Assembly: GCA_964016885.1 (NCBI GenBank)
Contig: OZ024742.1
Span: 190,960,001 to 191,024,000, forward strand
DNA: 64,000 nt
Direction: 5' to 3'
Source: Eledone cirrhosa
Taxonomy: Eukaryota
The translations under genes and the position numbers were made by a program. Below are positions 58,064 through 64,000 of this stretch, in pieces (the stretch's first letter is position 1; every line of letters begins with the position of its first letter). The notes under the pieces are model-generated. The model saw nothing but the letters and a program-made list of their open reading frames with translations, had not been told where the DNA came from and did no database searches.

Positions 58064-58068
<5 letters not shown>
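57403..58068 (+). mobile_element. Retrozyme-like family H: about 1.2 copies of a 430-nt monomer plus 5' inverted piece
   Basis: 57550-57638 is repeated at 57978-58068 (offset 430). 57403-57545 is inverted. HHR at 57818-57860. Confidence 0.85.
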
Positions 58069-58146
<78 letters not shown>

Positions 58147-58192
58147 ATATATATATATGTACATATATACATATATGTATGTATGTATATAT

Positions 58193-58255
<63 letters not shown>

Positions 58256-59669
58256 ATCCACAGGTATATACTTATTAAAGTTTGACGAAGAAACGAAATA
58301 TATATTGCTTGGTAAACAGCGGGTCACGTAGTAGTATCTAATAAATACTAACCACCATTCACTTAGATTATAAAATAAGATTGATAGATATTAAATTCAA
58401 AGGTAAAAACCGTAAACAGAAAGAAAATTATCTACATTAATATTTATCATTATGTTATACCAGTGCACAGACAAACCATCTAATTTTAGCTAAAAACGAA
58501 AGCGTCTGACATTTCTGAATGAAAGCAACGATTTAGGTAAACAAACAGATGTATGTGTGTATATGTATATATGTATGTATGCATCTATGCATGTGTGTAC
58601 GTAGGCATGTATGTATATATGCATATGTCTATGTATGCGTGTATGTATGTATATATGTATGTATGAATGTACACATGTATGTATGTATATATGTATGTAT
58701 GAATGTACAGATGTATGTATGTATATATGTATGTTTCGGAGTCTTTCGGTGACATACACACATGCATCAAATATACACTCTCAAATATATAGTATGTGCA
58801 TGTGTCTGTATGTGAGTGTATGTGTGTATTTGTGTATACGTGTATAACAACGGCAAGGAAACAATTACTAAAGTACAAACATATACTTCACCTTTATCTA
58901 GTGACAGCGACACTCTGTTTGTTATTTATCAATTCTGGAAATACAGTGTGTATGAGATATTCACTCGAACCTAGCGCTTGATTGTTACTTTATTTTATCG
59001 ACACCAGAATGATGAATAACAGCTTCTGGTAAGGCGGGATTTGATCTCAGAGTTCAGAATGTCACAACACATTCTTCTTCTTCTTCTTCTTCTTCTTCTT
59101 CTTCTTCTTCTTCTTCTTCTTCTTCTTCTTCTTCTTCTTCTTCTTCTTCTTCTTGCTCTAGCTCGACGATCCTAAGCCAGCGATCCAAAAGCATCGTCGT
59201 GCATAGAGCCTATTTACGGAACACACGCGCCCCCTCACAAAGACAAGCCGAGACCCAGGAGCGGGGTCACATACATACCGCTATATATTTCTTCCGACAT
59301 TCTACCGACATCATGATGCAAGGGAGGAGGCTCAATTAAGTAAAAGAATTACAGGAGCTGGTGCAGTAATGCGTCAGCTTCAGCATTTGGTAAACAGAAG
59401 AATGAGGTGAGTTTAAAAGCCAAACCCGATATTTTAATTTCGTATTCGTGCCAACCATTACCTATGTTTATGTATATTTGGCAATGACGTAACAAATACG
59501 ATCGCGAATACAAGTCGCCGAAATGGGGTTCCCCCGAAGAGTCTTTGGAGTAAGGTTTCTCGATTGAATGCGTAGCTCAGATGTCAGATTGTCGCTCCTG
59601 GTAGAGCCGCTACGTCTCGAATACTACGGACATGTGTTATTATGTTTAAGATATAAATCACTAGACAGA

Positions 59670-59946
59670 TCTTACGGGTAAAACCGACCGACAGGAGATC
59701 CTGAGATAGACCCCGAGTTAAATGACTTGAAAACATCCATGAGCTCGGCAGATTTCGCTTGGGTATCCAGCCGGATCATTTGGAAACGGTTGCTTCTGAC
59801 TGGACGCACTGGAAGCAGTGTTTGAGGACTCTGCCAGCACGAGTCTCTCAGGTATATGAGGGCGAAGAAGAAGAAGAAGAAGAAGAAGAAGAAGAAGAAG
59901 AAGAAGAAGAAGAAGAAGAAGAAGAAGAAGAAGAAGAAGAAGAAGA
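59670..59946 (+). mobile_element. RTE-like LINE 3' end with (GAA)n tail
   Basis: G.NRPTG...DLKTSM...GIQPDHLETVASDWTHWKQCL followed by about 28 GAA units. Confidence 0.6.
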
Positions 59947-60504
59947 GGTGTGGGAGAAGTAGGTGTATGATGTATGGAGAGGTAGGAAATTCAGAGGACA
60001 ATATCGAGTAAGAACAAACTCGTGACGTATCTGTCAGTATTATGAAAGATATGTGTGTGTGTTAAAACCTCTACCGATTCTGACAATTCGCATGATTCAT
60101 GTTGTAAAATTAATAAAATCCTAATTGTTTCCAAACTGAGATAATATGGTGATTGAAATGGTGTTGAATTGGCAGAGTCTTTTGAGGAACTAGCTTCTAG
60201 CCTTGTGGTATATTTTCTATTCTTCCGGATTTAAATAAAGCCGAGGATGAATTTTGCCTTTCATACTCTCAGTTTGATAAATATAATACCTGTCCAGGAC
60301 TGTGGATTAGCAGAATTATTAGGACATCGAAAGTGACGTCTTTTATCTATCTGTGTTCAAGGTTCGTCTCCTCCCTCACTTATATAGTACACATATAGTT
60401 GATATATAATATATATTGTGTATATATAGTGTATATATACTATAGATTTTAGGCAGCGATCCCGTTCTAAAAGCGAATGGATAATCCTCAGTAGACTTCT
60501 TTTC

Positions 60505-61720
60505 TGGAAATGGGTTCTCTATTATGAACACCTTCTTCCAGCACAACGGGATCCATAAATATACATGTCATAACGTGGCAGAGAAAAATAGTTATTGCTT
60601 TTAATTTTTTCGATTCTGTGATGTATGATCATGTTAAGAGATGAGCTGAGGTTTCAACTGATCACTATATACTAATCTGCAACCTGAGACTACTTAAAGT
60701 CAAGAAAACCCACAAAACTGTCTTCTCCATATTGACGTACATGATGAAGCGGGAAGTGCTGGCAGATAAGGAACCCCGGACCATGTATGTTAATATGATT
60801 GCATTCGAATTCAGAGACGTCCCTCAGCAATCTGAGGTAGTTGAAATGGAGTGGTGATTTTATGCTCGTCAGTTTCTGCTCCAGCTGTTAATTCATGTCG
60901 GCGAAAGAGGCTTTGTGTGGCACTTGGTTCATTTAACAGTTCAAAGAAACCATGCGAGAAAAGAAAGAGGTTTATAAAATTTAGCCAGGAAATAAATACT
61001 TCTTGCTCTTGCGGTCCAAGCAGGCGTGATTAAGCAGGAGGACTTTGAATTTATGCTGTAATCCGACTTCACATCAGCAAAAAATGTATTCTGGTAGACC
61101 ATCCGTGGGCTTCGTAATAAAAAGTACTCCTCCACAACTGCAATCAGAAACACACTTTTGGGGTCTCCTGTTTTAGAGAGGAGCTTCCTCACAAGGAGGA
61201 GAGAGTATTTTGTTGATCGCTGAAACAATTTCAGAATCATCTTCTGAGAGTCATCATCTGGGAGTGATGACTAACCTCATGGAAGCGGGATTACAATATC
61301 AATTAAAGAACTGAAATAAAGGTATTCTCTGGATTACTCGTGTGTGCCGCGCAGGCTGGATCATTGGAAAGGCTTCTAAGCCATGGCAATTGCAAGCGAT
61401 AATCACAATAAAAAAAAAGACGAGAGAGATGGCTCCAATTATAGAATCATCTCCTTGTTAAGCATCCCTGGTAATGACTTTCCCGAGAACCTGGTAAAGA
61501 TATGTAGGGAAACTGTCAAGTTCATGCTAACTGATAAACGGTGGTTTTCGCCCTGACGAAATGTTCACACTGCAGCAGGTCTTTGAGAAATCGTGGGAGT
61601 ATTGACAAGAGCTTTATGCTTCTTTTTAGACCTCGAATAGACATATGATCGTATTACATAGGACCTGGTATGGAAGATTCTGCATGAGTATGGGGTCAAT
61701 GGACATGTTTCTCGAAGATC
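60505..61720 (+). mobile_element. Decayed RTE-type LINE (APE endonuclease plus RT N-half)
   Basis: IMNTFFQH...HKYT, STDHY, NYRIISLLSIPG, FLDLE*TYDRI...WKILHEYGV. Confidence 0.75.
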
Positions 61721-62772
61721 TGTCACAGCATGACTATTTGGTGGCTGTACTGCGTCTGGTGCAAAAATCGTACCGTTCATCAGCGAGCTAAGTTCTCATG
61801 GAAATTCTGCGTAACACTTTGGGATAAGGCTGGATCTTTGTAATACAGGTGCGACATATTTTTGCTAGCTAATTGCACTGCAGTAGTGTACAAAATTGCC
61901 TTGCTCAAAGACATCGCCTCGCCTTGAATAGAACATGTGATCTTACTGTAGTAAGCGCAAAACACTATCAACTAAGCCACGTGCCTTCACCGATCAAATA
62001 TATGCATGTGTGGTCATGTAACTCCTGAGGGAGTCGCAAGGGCACTATGAAGACATACGGCACCTCTATGGCATTTTGAAACCTGGCAGAGCCATATCAC
62101 TCTCCAGGTCTAAATACAGCAGATTTCTTCCTGACAAGGATAAAGAAAGCGACAGAAAGTAAGAAAGTAAGTAAGAAAGAGATATAGAGGAAAAATCGAC
62201 TCCCGGTACTAGACTGGTACATTTTTATCGACCTCGAACGGATGAAAAACAAAGTTGACATCATCAGGATTTGAACTCAGAGAATAGAAAGCCGAAACGA
62301 ATACATCAAAGCATACTACTCGATGTTCTAACTCTGCCAATTCGCCACCGTCGCTCAAAAATATATCATGTTGTTTATCCTAAAATTGAAAATGTTATAT
62401 ACATATTACATATGTTTGCATCTTACTACCTTTAATACAGAAACTTTGGAACTTTGCATCTTCAATGATGTTGACATAGCGTGAATTATGTTCAACATGT
62501 TTTACAATCATTTACGCTATTCTTATATGTATACTTGCATTTTACATTTATTTCTCTTGAATTTATGTATTGTGAATTCGCATCTTACGTTGTTTTGGTT
62601 TCGTTATGTAGGTTTTTCTATATAGACATCTATTGCATTAGAATTCTATACATTGTTTTCTGTTATCATTTTATTCTTTGTTACATTTAAGATATATTCG
62701 AAGAACAGGTTTAGAGATTTATGTCCAAAGCTTAGATAACATAGATAAACTCATACATACACAGATACACAA

Positions 62773-62832
<60 letters not shown>

Positions 62833-63709
62833 TATATATACACACACATATATATATATATATATGTGTGTGTGTACATGTATGTATATGTGTGTGCCTG
62901 TGTGTATGTGGGTATGTACATACACATACACACATTATATGTAAATAGTGTCTGTCTCTGTGTGTATGTATGTATACATATATATATATGTATGTGCATA
63001 TACACACACATTATACATATTGTTATATATGTGAGTGTGAAGTGTGTATACCACACTGTGTAAGAAGTAACATATGTATGTTTGCACGCATATCTGTCTC
63101 TTCTTCTTCTTCTTCTTCTTCTTCTTCTTCTTCTTCTTCTTCTTCTTCTTCTTCTCTTCCACCTCCTCCAGATAATATTTTGAAATATTATATACAGCTA
63201 CATAGAGATACTCAAAAATGCATTAACACAAATTGTATAATCGAAAAGAACATAAAAACCTAACATGAATATTCGATAAGTATCATTAAGATATACTCAT
63301 ATTTTGATTGGAATTCTTTAAAATACATGAGTGGAATTTACTATTTATTCTATTGTATATTTCACATGAACACACCATATATTTACAAGATATTTTGTCA
63401 CGTTACATTATAAGTATAATATCTGATAAATATTCAAATGGAATTTGTTTTCATTTTACAATAATGTCTGACTTATAAGCTTCGCAGCCGGATATAAACG
63501 ATCGTAAACATATTTTGTCTCCACAAAAAATACAGAGATTTTCACATTGGTTCCATCTCTACTTCGGAAATTCACCAGAAAGCAAGTATATTTATTTTCT
63601 GTCCACAGAGAGATCAATAGATTACAGCTATTTTTCCGTTTTCAAAAATGTGTATCCAAATTATTTCTAGCCGGGTGTAAGAGGCACAAAACAAAGAAAA
63701 GAATCCACA

Positions 63710-63752
63710 GTCACTGAAGAGGTCACATAATGTGTGATGAAAGAACTTTGAC
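63710..63752 (+). ncRNA. Minimal type I hammerhead ribozyme in a PLE-like terminus
   Basis: gtca-CTGAAGA-ggtcacata..tgtgat-GAAAG-aa-CTT-tgac. Followed by atgacccccccaaatataacaa and (TA)n at 63865-63904. Confidence 0.7.
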
Positions 63753-64000
63753 AATATATGAACCAACCAACAAACCGGAAATTTACAAATTTCTTAAATT
63801 TATAAATTTAATTTATAATAAATTGGAGTGAAAGCAACTGGTGCGTGTGTTTCTTATTGGCAACATGACCCCCCCAAATATAACAATATATATATATATA
63901 TATATTAGTAAAAAGGAAGAGAAAATACTGACAAATTTTTCCCAGTGAAAAATAGTTTAATTAGGAATAAGTATAAATTAGTAATAAGTATTAGTAAGTA

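Noticed and set aside
58276-58310. aagt-TTGACGA-agaaac-GAAA-tatata-TT-gctt
   Set aside because: Core mutated and no helix II.

Overview
This is very AT-rich, microsatellite-saturated metazoan DNA. The SINE types and (TA)n density suggest a cephalopod such as Octopus, but that is inference. No host protein-coding gene can be supported, and nearly all ORFs in the track are microsatellite read-throughs. The recognisable content is decayed mobile DNA: several distinct GIY-YIG Penelope-like element (PLE) lineages including one near full-length copy, a nested Dong/R4-type non-LTR element, CRE-type and RTE-type LINE fragments, a Helitron fragment, and about 25 tRNA-derived SINE copies. The main unexplained signal is a dense set of more than 20 type I hammerhead ribozyme (HHR) motifs, read by eye, from many unrelated non-coding families. 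They sit in short modules wedged between (TA)n tracts. Four families occur as greater-than-unit-length copies of a 430-543 nt ORF-less monomer carrying one HHR, which is retrozyme or circular-RNA-like. Many modules are fold-backs with both 3' ends pointing outward into (TA)n, suggesting twin-primed, PLE-driven insertion into TA microsatellites. Coordinates were counted by hand and may be off by a few bases.
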